A stretch of DNA of 64,000 nucleotides, taken from contig CAVUCU010000001.1 in the NCBI GenBank assembly GCA_963740085.1, forward strand, positions 800,001-864,000. Reading direction: 5' to 3'. Numbering within the stretch: the stretch's first letter is position 1; each line of letters opens with the position of its first letter. This DNA is from Nitrospirota bacterium (GTDB lineage Bacteria > Nitrospirota > UBA9217). The notes below the pieces were generated by a model that was not told where the DNA came from, did no database searches, and saw only the letters and a program-made list of their open reading frames with translations. Of the stretch, positions 39,411-48,944 are shown in pieces. Made by a program: the position numbers and the translations under genes.

Positions 39411-42047
39411 TTAGTCTGGCTTCTGACTTCTGGCTTCTGACTTCTGTTCTTCCAGCATCTTCACCACTTCTCCGTAGAGCGTTTTCACGATCTCGTCGTA
39501 ATCCCTGCCCCCGGGGTGAATAGCCTTCCCGAACGAGACCCTGACCTTTGACGGCTTCGGGAACATCCTTCCGGACGGCAGCATTTGATAGGTGCCGCTG
39601 ATCGCGACCGGAACGATCGGGATGCTCAGTTCTTTTGCGATGATCCCCACGCCCTTTTTGAACTCCTTGATGCCGCCGTCGCGTGAACGGCTGCCTTCAG
39701 GGAAGACGAGGAGGATCTTTCCGCGACGGAGCACGTATGCCGACAGCTGGAGCGCATTATGCAGCCGAGTGTCCATGTCCACCGGGATCACATGGAAGAT
39801 CTTTGATATCTTCGACATGATCGGCCCGCCGAAATATTCATTATAGCCGAGAAAAAAGAACTGCGAGCCGGTCTTCCCGGAGATCGCGGCAACGATCGCC
39901 GGAACATCCGCAAGGCTCAGATGGTTCGGGGCGATGATGTAAGGCCCCTTCTCAGGCAGGTTTTCGACACCCGTCGCCGACAGTCGGCCGTAGACCTTCA
40001 TCGCCGCGGTGAGCAGCAGTCTGATAGAATCCCGTACTCCTTCCACGATCGGCCCGAACTCGAGCCGGACCGTTTCCCGCGCCTCTTTCTCCGGTTCCTG
40101 AGCCAGGATATCGGCCCACGAGGTCCGTACCCCCCCTCCGGCCTTGAGCGGCCCGGAGGCCAGCAGTTCCTTGATCTTGAGCACCGTGTCCTTCACTGTA
40201 AACACCTCTGATCCGAACGAATCGGGCAGGCTGACGCCGAAGGACTTCTCGATGCTCACGACAAACTCCACGCGCGCGAGAGAATCGAGCCCCAGGTCGA
40301 GCTCAAGATTGTCGCCGGGCGCGATCTTCTTTTTCGCGGAGAACGGTTCGAGACAGGCCACCAGTTTTTTGGCCACCGGGTCCGACAGCAGCGTGCTGTC
40401 GACCTCCGGTACGGTTTTATCGGACGGCTCCCCCCCGTGCTGGTAGAGTTCCCTGACCTTGCTTCTCTTCAACTTGCCCAGACGCGTGGCCGGAAGCGGT
40501 TCTTTGAATATCTTGAGCCCCGTGATCCGTTTGTACGGCGGCAGATCCTTTGCAAGATCTTCGATCTCGAAGGCGATGGTCTCCCGCGAGTTGGAGAGGT
40601 TCTTTTTTTTAAGATAGTCGAAATCCGGGACCACTGCGGCCTCGAGCCCGCGCTCACCCTGGATGAGGCAGATCTCCTTGATCGCCGGTATCTGCTTGTA
40701 GAACTTCTCGAGCTCATCGGGGAAGATCTTCTTCCCCGTCGAGAGCACGATCATCTCCTTGGACCTGCCGGTGATGAAGAAGTAGCCGTCCCTGTCGCGA
40801 TATCCCAGGTCACCGGTGTAGAACCAGCCGTCACGCAGCACTTCCGCGGTCTCCTCAGGTTTCTTGTAGTATCCGAGCATCACGTTCGGCCCGCGCACCG
40901 CGATCTCCCCCATGCCGTTCTCGTCCGGATGATCGATCCTGACCTCCACATCGGGCAAGGCGATGCCGATGGAGCCGGCCTTCTGTTTCGAAAGGGGGTT
41001 GAAGGCCGAGACCGGCGATGTCTCGGTAAGGCCGTACCCTTCGATGATGCTGAAGCCGAGATTGGTCATGTCGGTGTACACGTCGGGCTCGAGCCGGGCG
41101 CCGCCGCTCGCGAAGAACCGGAACCTTTGACCGAATTTGGCATGCACCGCACCGAAGAGCGCCTTGCCGATATTGGTCCCTGTTGTCTTCAGGAGCAGAC
41201 GGTTGATCCCAAGGAACATTCTCACCAGCATGCGTACGGGCGCCGGCTTCTTGCGGATCTCATCGAAAATGGCCCGGCGGAGACCGCTATAGAGCAGCGG
41301 CACGCCGACCAGAACGCTGACCCCGGTCTCCCGCATGCAGGCAAGGATATCAGGCCCCTTGAGACTGTTCAGGATCGTCACGGTTGCGCCAATGGCAAAC
41401 GGCAGCAGGATGCAGACCATCGCGGGATAGGTATGGTGGAGGGGAAGGAGAAGCAGAAGGTTGTCGGTATGGTCGACGAGATCAAGCTTGATCACGCTCT
41501 CCCGATTCGACGCCAGGTTGCCCTGCGAAAGCATCACCCCTTTGGGATCTCCCGTCGTGCCCGAAGTATACAGGATCGCGGCCAGGTCGCCCCCCGACGG
41601 CGCGGGAGGGATCGCGGCATCGTGATGTGCTGTAAGCATGTCATGGAACGGCACGCCCTCGCCGGGATCGAAGGAGATGACGATGAGCGGGCCGTTCCCG
41701 GGCAGTTTTTGACGGCCCCCGTCGGATACAAAGACAGCCTTAGCCTCAGAGCTCGCCAGCAGGAGCGCGACCTCCTTGTCCGTAAGCTGGGCATCCAGCG
41801 GCACGACGACCGCACCGTAAGCCATGACGGCCAGATACGCGATCATCCACTCGGGACGGTTCTCGGAAAGAAGGGCGATCCGGTCTCCCTTGCCGATCCC
41901 GTGTTCGGAGAGCGAGCGGGCAACGGATGCCACGCTCCTGACAAGGTCGCGGTACGTGTACTGCTGATACCGGTCGCCTGTTTTCATCTGGACGGCGATC
42001 TTGTCGGGATACCGCGATGCCGATTCCTGCATTCTGGTAAGGAGCAT
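39411..42047 (-). CDS. long-chain acyl-CoA/AMP ligase-ACP-acyltransferase fusion
   Basis: YTSGTTGDPKG, GYGLTE, LGLDSL (ACP), NHLSLAD and FPEGSRS (PlsC). Confidence 0.92.
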   Translation of the reverse strand: MLLTRMQESASRYPDKIAVQMKTGDRYQQYTYRDLVRSVASVARSLSEHGIGKGDRIALLSENRPEWMIAYLAVMAYGAVVVPLDAQLTDKEVALLLASSEAKAVFVSDGGRQKLPGNGPLIVISFDPGEGVPFHDMLTAHHDAAIPPAPSGGDLAAILYTSGTTGDPKGVMLSQGNLASNRESVIKLDLVDHTDNLLLLLPLHHTYPAMVCILLPFAIGATVTILNSLKGPDILACMRETGVSVLVGVPLLYSGLRRAIFDEIRKKPAPVRMLVRMFLGINRLLLKTTGTNIGKALFGAVHAKFGQRFRFFASGGARLEPDVYTDMTNLGFSIIEGYGLTETSPVSAFNPLSKQKAGSIGIALPDVEVRIDHPDENGMGEIAVRGPNVMLGYYKKPEETAEVLRDGWFYTGDLGYRDRDGYFFITGRSKEMIVLSTGKKIFPDELEKFYKQIPAIKEICLIQGERGLEAAVVPDFDYLKKKNLSNSRETIAFEIEDLAKDLPPYKRITGLKIFKEPLPATRLGKLKRSKVRELYQHGGEPSDKTVPEVDSTLLSDPVAKKLVACLEPFSAKKKIAPGDNLELDLGLDSLARVEFVVSIEKSFGVSLPDSFGSEVFTVKDTVLKIKELLASGPLKAGGGVRTSWADILAQEPEKEARETVRLEFGPIVEGVRDSIRLLLTAAMKVYGRLSATGVENLPEKGPYIIAPNHLSLADVPAIVAAISGKTGSQFFFLGYNEYFGGPIMSKISKIFHVIPVDMDTRLHNALQLSAYVLRRGKILLVFPEGSRSRDGGIKEFKKGVGIIAKELSIPIVPVAISGTYQMLPSGRMFPKPSKVRVSFGKAIHPGGRDYDEIVKTLYGEVVKMLEEQKSEARSQKPD

Positions 42048-42168
42048 GTCACCTCTACTCGAGAAGGAGCCGGATCGGAACGTCCTCAGAATATAATGGC
42101 ACGGAAGGAAAGTCAATTGAGAACTTAGACAGCAAGGTCCGAGAGTCGGTTTTTCTTACGTGGAAAGA

Positions 42169-42438
42169 TCAGTCCTTTACTGCTTTTTTAATGTCCGCGT
42201 CGGCCTTTTTCCAGGCCTTCTTCGCGTTCTTATCAATTGTCTTCAGGTCTTTTTTTGCCTTCGCGTCAATGGCCTTGAAGTCCCTCTTGGCTTTTTTAGC
42301 CACGGACTTCGTCACCTTTTTCATTCCCGTATCGACCTCTTTGAAACCCTCCTTTACGGACTGCGCCTCCCCATCGGCACGGACCATTGCAGGCGCGGCA
42401 AGCAGACACAGGGTCAGCACAACATATATCAACCGCAT
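42169..42438 (-). CDS. small secreted Lys-rich repeat protein
   Basis: Signal peptide, 11-aa repeats KAKxDxKxID; RBS GAGGAGG. Confidence 0.7.
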   Translation of the reverse strand: MRLIYVVLTLCLLAAPAMVRADGEAQSVKEGFKEVDTGMKKVTKSVAKKAKRDFKAIDAKAKKDLKTIDKNAKKAWKKADADIKKAVKD

Positions 42439-42512
42439 TTCATCCTCCTCACATCATAAGAAGTCAACCTCATTGAGGAACAATACATCGGGAAACGGGG
42501 GATGTCAAGATT

Positions 42513-42640
42513 GATAGATTCGCAAAAGTGCCCTAGCCACAAAATGCGCATAAGGCGCAGAAAAAATCTTGTGTTTAAAGGTTTTATCTCTGTGCTCTCT
42601 GTAACTTTTGTGGCAAATCTTGACTTCTTACGAATTCATC
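42513..42640 (-). mobile_element. MITE family B, copy 2
   Basis: Perfect 6-bp target duplication AAGATT (42507-42512, 42641-42646); inverted homolog of 24615-24744. Confidence 0.85.
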
Positions 42641-42663
42641 AAGATTGATGCCCTTACAATAAA

Positions 42664-43572
42664 TCAAACGCTTTCGCGGAGATCCCGAGACACGGAGGAG
42701 TGCGGCAAACCGCCGCCTCCCCACGCCTTTATCGCCGTGGTGAGCCCCTCGACCACTTTGCCCATTCGCGCGTAATCCAGCGTATCGGGAAGGTCCGTCG
42801 GGGCGTGGTAATGCGGGTTTCGATAGAAGGCGGTATCCGTTACCATGAAAGCCTCGTACCCGAATTTGCCAAAGGACCAGTGGTCGGAGAAGTCGATGCC
42901 GATCACGATCGCCGGGGCGTTCAAGGTGACCACGGGAAGATCGGTGCCCTGTTGAAAATACTGTGCGGTCCTCTCCGTAAATGACTTCGACCTCATGTTC
43001 CCCACCATCGAGATGAAGTTCCCGGCCCTGGGAAACATCCTGTTCATGAAGGGAAAGGGATAATGCTGACAGCCGTCGCGATCGCAGAAGTAGCCGATCA
43101 TCTCGAGACAGATCATCCCCTCGACCCGTTCGTTCTTCTCCTTCAGGCTCTGCGCGTAACGATAGCTCGCCATTCTGCGGCTGCGGTAGACAGGCCATTC
43201 TTCAAGGGCAAAGGCGACGAACCTGACCGTTCTCTCCATCCGTACGCCGGCCAGCGCCCGCGCAAGACCGAGCAATCCCGCCACGCCGCTCGCATTGTCG
43301 TCAGCGCCCGGCGTGGTGCGCACGGTGTCGTAGTGGGCGCCGACGATGAGCAGCGTTTCCGGAGTGGCGCCCGTCAGTTCCGCGATGATATTGTGGTATG
43401 TGTTCCCGGAAAAGACAAAGGACTGCCTCGTGACCGGATACCCAAAAGAGGCGAACTGTTCTGAAATAGTGGTTGCCGTCCTTTCCAGTCGATCAAGGTC
43501 GCGATAGGTACGAGACCCGATATCGCCGGCAAGCACGGTCACGATCTGACGAAGATACTCAGCCATATCCAT
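42664..43572 (-). CDS. M28 family peptidase
   Basis: GAHYDT, GADDNASG, LEE, LEMIG, SDHWSF, YHAPTD. Confidence 0.9.
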   Translation of the reverse strand: MDMAEYLRQIVTVLAGDIGSRTYRDLDRLERTATTISEQFASFGYPVTRQSFVFSGNTYHNIIAELTGATPETLLIVGAHYDTVRTTPGADDNASGVAGLLGLARALAGVRMERTVRFVAFALEEWPVYRSRRMASYRYAQSLKEKNERVEGMICLEMIGYFCDRDGCQHYPFPFMNRMFPRAGNFISMVGNMRSKSFTERTAQYFQQGTDLPVVTLNAPAIVIGIDFSDHWSFGKFGYEAFMVTDTAFYRNPHYHAPTDLPDTLDYARMGKVVEGLTTAIKAWGGGGLPHSSVSRDLRESV

Positions 43573-43626
43573 AGCCAAAGCCTACCATACCCATATTCCG
43601 GTTGTCAAACATCGGCATCAATTTCC

Positions 43627-43655
43627 TTGACTCTTGCGTACTGTTTGCTTACACT
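43627..43655 (+). promoter_or_regulatory. sigma70-type promoter
   Basis: TTGACT-N17-TACACT. Confidence 0.6.
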
Positions 43656-43668
43656 TAAAAAAAGGGCA

Positions 43669-43770
43669 AACCACAGCAACCACAGAGGGCGCTGAGGAAT
43701 ATCTGGGGAAACAAAAACGTCCTGAGTTCCTCCGTTCGATCAATCTTCTCTGTGCACCCTGTGGTGAAAT
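43669..43770. repeat. REP-like palindromic element
   Basis: ACCACAG..CACAGAG ... CTCTGTG..CTGTGGT. Confidence 0.6.
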
Positions 43771-43805
43771 CTTGAAAATATGGTAAAAATTTCGAGGAGG
43801 ACATC

Positions 43806-44120
43806 ATGCCGAAACTACCGAATCAGTACACCAGCATCCAGAAGAAATATCAAGGTCTCATCAAGGCAGTTGAGAACCTCGGCAAGGCCGCCAAGAAAGC
43901 AGGGCCGCTGAACAAGAAGACCTCTGAACTTGTCCAGCTCGCTGCCGCGACCGCGGTCCGGTCCGAGGGGTCTGTCCACTCCCACGCGCGGCGCGCCCTT
44001 GCAGCCGGGGCAAAACCCGATGAGATCCGTCATGCGATCGTTCTGCTCACAAGCACCATCGGCTTCCCCGCTGTCTCCGCCGCCCTTTCGTGGGCAAATG
44101 ATGTGCTGGAGAAAAAATGA
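43806..44120 (+). CDS. carboxymuconolactone decarboxylase (CMD/AhpD-like) protein
   Basis: GPL..KT.ELV, SEGSVHSHARRAL.AGA, TIGFP. Confidence 0.85.
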   Translation: MPKLPNQYTSIQKKYQGLIKAVENLGKAAKKAGPLNKKTSELVQLAAATAVRSEGSVHSHARRALAAGAKPDEIRHAIVLLTSTIGFPAVSAALSWANDVLEKK

Positions 44121-44129
44121 CGTACACCC

Positions 44130-44312
44130 ATGATCTGGTCAAGCCGTAACCAAAGCAAAAAACATGTCTCGCGCAAAGGCGCAGAGGCCGCAGAGAAAGA
44201 TAAAATCTTACCAATTGAGATCCGGTCTTTATGTTTTTCTCTGCTTCTTTGCGGCTCTGCGCGAAAATATTCTTGCCGTTTTGGGTCGAATCTGACTTAG
44301 AGTACATAAGAA
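44130..44312 (-). mobile_element. MITE/REP family C element
   Basis: CGCAAAGGCGCAGAG / CTCTGCGCG core; termini related to 36626-36784. Confidence 0.6.
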
Positions 44313-44340
44313 CTTCGGCAACAATCTGAGGTTTACCAGG

Positions 44341-44649
44341 ATGAAGATCGATATCTACCTGGCCGAGACGTGCGGCTCCTACCACGAGCTCCATGCGAAT
44401 CTGGACCTCGCGCTTGCGGCACTCGGCATCAAACCCGACGTGACGTTTCACACGATCTATTACGACGACGCGGTCAAGCTTGACATCAAAGGTTCCCCTT
44501 CAATCTGGATAAACGGGAAAGACGCCTTTGAAGGCGGCGGTTCTCCGGGGATATCCTGAAGAGCGTACATGGATGAGTCCGGGAGACTCAAAGGCGTACC
44601 GTCGGTGCTGATGCTGAAGCAGACGATCGAGCGGGAAATGGACAAATGA
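44341..44649 (+). CDS. thioredoxin-fold (DUF2703/DF-like) selenoprotein, Sec at TGA 44557-44559
   Basis: GSPSIWINGKD...GIS-U-RAY..SGRLKGVPS, matching the family CRxY motif; frame continues 29 codons past TGA; SECIS-like hairpin. Confidence 0.8.
44560..44599 (+). promoter_or_regulatory. putative bacterial SECIS element
   Basis: TGAGTC-CGGGA-GACTCA hairpin, loop 20 nt after UGA. Confidence 0.65.
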
Positions 44650-44813
44650 ATCTAAAAACGGCATTTCTTCTTATTTGGCCGCAAAGAACACAAAGAGCTC
44701 AAAGAGATATGTCTTAAAGCATTCACCTTCGTATGTGATATAGTTTTTTCCTAATGGTTTGATTTATCTCTGCGATCTTTGCGTTCTCTGCGGTTAACTG
44801 CTTTTTTCAGGAT
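44649..44813. mobile_element. MITE/REP family D element
   Basis: TIR-like AATCTAAAAACGGCA / TGCTTTTTTCAGGAT; core CCGCAAAGAACACAAAGA / TCTTTGCGTTCTCTGCGG. Confidence 0.6.
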
Positions 44814-44832
44814 GATACAACTAGTTTCAAAT

Positions 44833-45377
44833 ATGTCAAAGAACATGGGCGATATAAAAAGACTCGTCTTCATCGGCGATTCACTCACCGAGTGGGGCGA
44901 CTGGGGGCGACGGTTCCCCGGCTATCGGGTGACCAACCTCGGCATCTCCGGCGAAACGGTCGAGGGTCTTCTCGCCCGCAGGGAACGCATCCGCACGCAG
45001 ATCGACAATCCCGACTTCATCTTCCTCATGACCGGCATCAACAACATCGCAACCGAGCAGTACGATATCATACCCGCCTACCGCGAGATCGTGCGCAACC
45101 TGACCACCTGGTACAAACAAGCGACCATCGTTGTCCAGAGCCTGCTGCCGGTGGATGGTAAATGGGTCAGCCGAAGTCGTGATACAGGACACCAACCGTC
45201 AGCTCAAAGAAATCGCCCGCGAGTTCAATGCGGAGTATCTTGACGTGTTCAGATTATTTGTGGATGCGAAAGGAAAATCCGAAGAACGGGTATCTTTCGG
45301 ATGACGGGGTGCACCTGGCCGAGAAGGGATATGATGCATGGGCCAAAGAGGTGAAGAGGTTCTTATTAAGGAAGTAA
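44833..45377 (+). CDS. GDSL/SGNH hydrolase (frameshifted)
   Basis: FIGDSLT, NLGISGET, GINN; DDGVH in a downstream frame. Confidence 0.8.
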
Positions 45378-45650
45378 TTTTAATGAATCAGGCGGATAGA
45401 CTGAAGGGAGAAGGGTTTTAGATGAAGTAGGCAGTATTTACGTTTACTGATATTGCAATGCTTTTTGTGACCAACAACCTAAAATCGAGTTTTATCTTCC
45501 TCTCTATTTCTCGGCTTAACAGCGAATATGAAACATTATAGATTCCTTCCTGTACTCGTTGGAGTTGCCTTTCCTCTAAACTTATAAAGTATCAACCTGA
45601 ATTTGTTAACGCATATCCATAAAAAATTGATTCAAATTGATTCGATATTG

Positions 45651-47066
45651 TGTAATGGCAAAATGATAATGTCCTATTCTGGCAAAGTAGAAATGTCCTA
45701 TTTTAAGTTACAATGCCCTGCCGTAATTGGAGGGTACTGTGACAGAAATGGACATGATCACTATGAGCAGGAGAGGAGACAAAAAGACTGCACATTATCC
45801 ACCAAGCATTGGATAAGAGGATTACGCCAGAGAGAAGGCTGCAGAGCATTGTAGGCTTGAGCAGCAGGCAGCTTCGGCGGATGCTGAAGCGAGTTCGGGA
45901 GGAAGGAGACGATGGCATCAGCCACCGATCCCGCGGCAAGGACCTCGAATCGTCGTGTCTCCGAAAAAGATCAAAGAGAAATCACTTAGGCTGTTTTAGG
46001 AGAAGTACAAGCGATTTCGGCCCTACCTTTGCGTGCTGAGAAGCTATCTTGATATTCATGCAATCAAAGATAAGCAAAGAAACCCTTCGTTTATGGCTGA
46101 ATAAAGAGAAAATATCCCTTATGAGAAGCGCAAGGGTAGAAAGCACCGGAAGTGGCGTGAGAGAAAGCATCATTTCGGTGAAATGATCCAGATGGATGGT
46201 TCCCATCATGACTGGTTCGAAGGCCGCGGCGCTGAGTGCGTGTTGATGGGATATATCGATGATGCCACAGGAACAGGTATCCGGCCGTTTTTATGACTAT
46301 GAGGGGACCATGCCAGCCATGGACAGCTTCAAACGGTATATCAAGCGCTACGGCGTTCCCCAGAGCGTCTATTTGGACAAGCACTCAACGTATAAATCCT
46401 AATGCCAAGCAGAGCATCGAGGATGAGTTGGAACGATAAAAAGCCCATGAGCCAGTTTGAAAGAAGTCTTACCGAACTCGGGGTAACAGTCATCCATGCT
46501 AATTCACCCCAAGCGAAAGGCAGGGTAGAAAGGAGTTTTCGAACGCTCCAGGATCGTCTGGTGAAAGAGATGAGGCTAGCCAGGGTTAACGGTGTTGAGC
46601 AGGCAAACGAATTTCTGATAAGATATCATCCCATATACAACACGAAATTTAAGGTCAAGCCCGCTTCAGAAACCGATGTACACCAACCCGCGCTGTCTAT
46701 CAGAGAGCTCGATAAGATTTTCTGCATTCGAGAAGAACGAACGGTGCGAAACGATTTCACGATCGCATACAACGGCAAACTGTATCAGATCAAAGACGCC
46801 ATAAAAACTAGAAAGGTCGCTGTAGAAGAACGAATCGATGAATCTCTGCACATAACTTATAGGGGCTTGGATATAAGATACCGGGAGATCAAGGAACGGG
46901 CAGCTAAAGAGAATCCAAAAACACCAGTATTAATTGAGAGGAAGTATCAACCGGCAGATCACCCATGGAAGAGACTCAGAAGAGCAAACCAGCAACTTCC
47001 CGTTGCCTCCTAAAACCGGACATTTCTATCTTTCTAAGAATAGGACATTTCTACTTTGCCTTGACA
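45651..47066 (+). mobile_element. IS1202-family (ISNCY) insertion sequence
   Basis: TIRs TGTAATGGCAAA..AATGTCCTATT / AATAGGACATTTCTACTTTGCCTTGACA with internal repeats; 16-bp DR AATTGATTCGATATTG at 45635-45650 and 47067-47082. Confidence 0.9.
45739..47013 (+). pseudogene. IS1202-family DDE transposase with multiple frameshifts
   Basis: FGEMIQMDGSHHDWFEGR, IDDATG, SPQAKGRVERSFRTLQDRL, PADHPW in different frames. Confidence 0.85.
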
Positions 47067-47167
47067 AATTGATTCGATATTGTTGACATCTCTGGAAATC
47101 AGGCATATATTCGTGTCAACGTAAGCTGGAAACAAAAATGAAATGTTGGCTGCAGACGGGATGAACC

Positions 47168-47794
47168 TTGACCGAAAATCGTAAACACCGTTCTTCCAAT
47201 GAAGACATTACTGCACAGAAGCAAAAGGAAACGCGAGATAAGACAATTCTACGCATGGCGATGGATGGTTTTTATATTGTTGATACGGAAGGTCGTATTG
47301 TAGAAACTAATGATTCTTATTGCTCGATGATAGGTTATAACAGCGAGGAACTGCTTAAGATGAGCGTTAAAGATGTTGAAGTGCTGGATACACAAGAAGT
47401 AATTGAAAAGCGCATTCAACAAGTTATAGGGACCGGCTCTGCGCGCTTCGAGACCAAGCATAGGCGCAAAGATGGGAGAGTTATTGATATTGAAGCTAGT
47501 GTTAATTATTTATTAGAGAAACAGCCAAAGTTTTTTTGTTTTATGCGCGACATAACTGAGCGCAATAAGGCAATCGAGGAGCTGAAACGTCTGAATGAGA
47601 TCCTTGTGCGTCAGGCAGCAATGGATCCCCTAACCGGAATTTCCAACCGGATAAAATTCAATGAGGTTTTGGGAAGGGAGATCGCTCGGTCTAAACGGTT
47701 CGCACTTCCTCTCTCGCTCATTATGATTGACATTGACCATTTCAAGGAAGTAAACGACACCCATGGACAGATTCATGGCTCTAAACAAGGATAA
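47168..47794 (+). pseudogene. PAS-GGDEF protein truncated within the GGDEF domain
   Basis: PAS, DPLTGISNR, DIDHFKEVNDTHG, then homology is lost and a stop follows. Confidence 0.75.
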
Positions 47795-48001
47795 CTTGCC
47801 CGAAGGTGCAGGAAATCCGAGGAATCAAGAGACATATCGAGTTAAAAGTAGAACAACTGAACGGTCTAAGCTCGAAGCCAGGAACCCTAAAGGATGTGTG
47901 CATGCACCATCACGATGGCTACTCAGCCTATGGCTGCATAGTCAGCGGCTACTGACAGATTTGACATCCGACCTGGTTCCCTTGATTATAAAGTTATATT
48001 T

Positions 48002-48495
48002 CTATTGCAAATGATCTATCCGGAGCATCACCAAATTGTCTACCTTCACCGTCGTTATTGAGAGAGTTCTTGATGAGGGAGAGTCTGGGTTGATGTATGC
48101 AGGTACCATACTTTGGGGCTTACCGGTCGCAAAACATTTAGTAACCGCTTTTCTGATAGTACATCCTGAACAGTGAATCGTCCTTCCGCATCCTTCTGGT
48201 AGCCTGGCATACTCACACTCGAATACATTTCCGCCTAGATGCTGCACAATAGTTTTCGGCTCCTTGCCGAGAATTTCACAGGCCCTACTATTCACGGCCG
48301 TAACTTTAACATTGCTGTCGACTACAAGGATTGGGATCGCAAAACTTTCAATATAGCGCTGGAGCTGAACTCCGTCCTGAAAAATGATATTGTCACGGCA
48401 ACTTGAGCAGATCCATGGGAGATCTCGGGGTCTGGGTGGATGCTTTCTTTTACGGGACCTATGTCTTTTAAACACCAGGCGCAAACGAGTCTCAT
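48002..48495 (-). CDS. Cys-rich PAS-domain protein (one frameshift near 48415)
   Basis: MRLVCAWC...ISHG / ICSSC..., GCGRTIHCSGCTIR. Confidence 0.7.
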
Positions 48496-48944
48496 GGCTA
48501 CCTCCCTCACTCTTTGTTCTGCAGTAGAGCATAGCATTCCCCGCAGATGCGAGCCTAGATCAATCAAACTCTCTCGTTAAAAACTATTTTAACTAAATTT
48601 TAGCCAGGCGGCAATAATAATTACATGGCATGGTACAATTAGAATTTATTACCATTCTTCCTAAAATTACTATGTAGACTTGTAGGTGAAGTCTGGTTTA
48701 TGAATTGTGTTTACAACAACTATCAATACGAATACTGATTGCCACATTTTAGAGAAATTAAAGCAGATACTCTTCAGCCTTCGGTCTTCAACCTAAATAC
48801 CTTAGTAGTTACCAGTGATCCGGAAGAAGTTTAATGTGATGTAATTCGAGAAGTTCTCTGCGTCCTCTGCGGTGAACGGTTTTGTCCCTCGTTCCTTGCC
48901 TTTTACTCCTTACTCCGAATCCCAGACTCCGCGCTCCGAACTCT

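Noticed and set aside
45635-45650. dif/XerCD site as IS target
   Set aside because: No XerC/XerD arm consensus; dif-targeting IS1202 members make short DRs, not 16 bp
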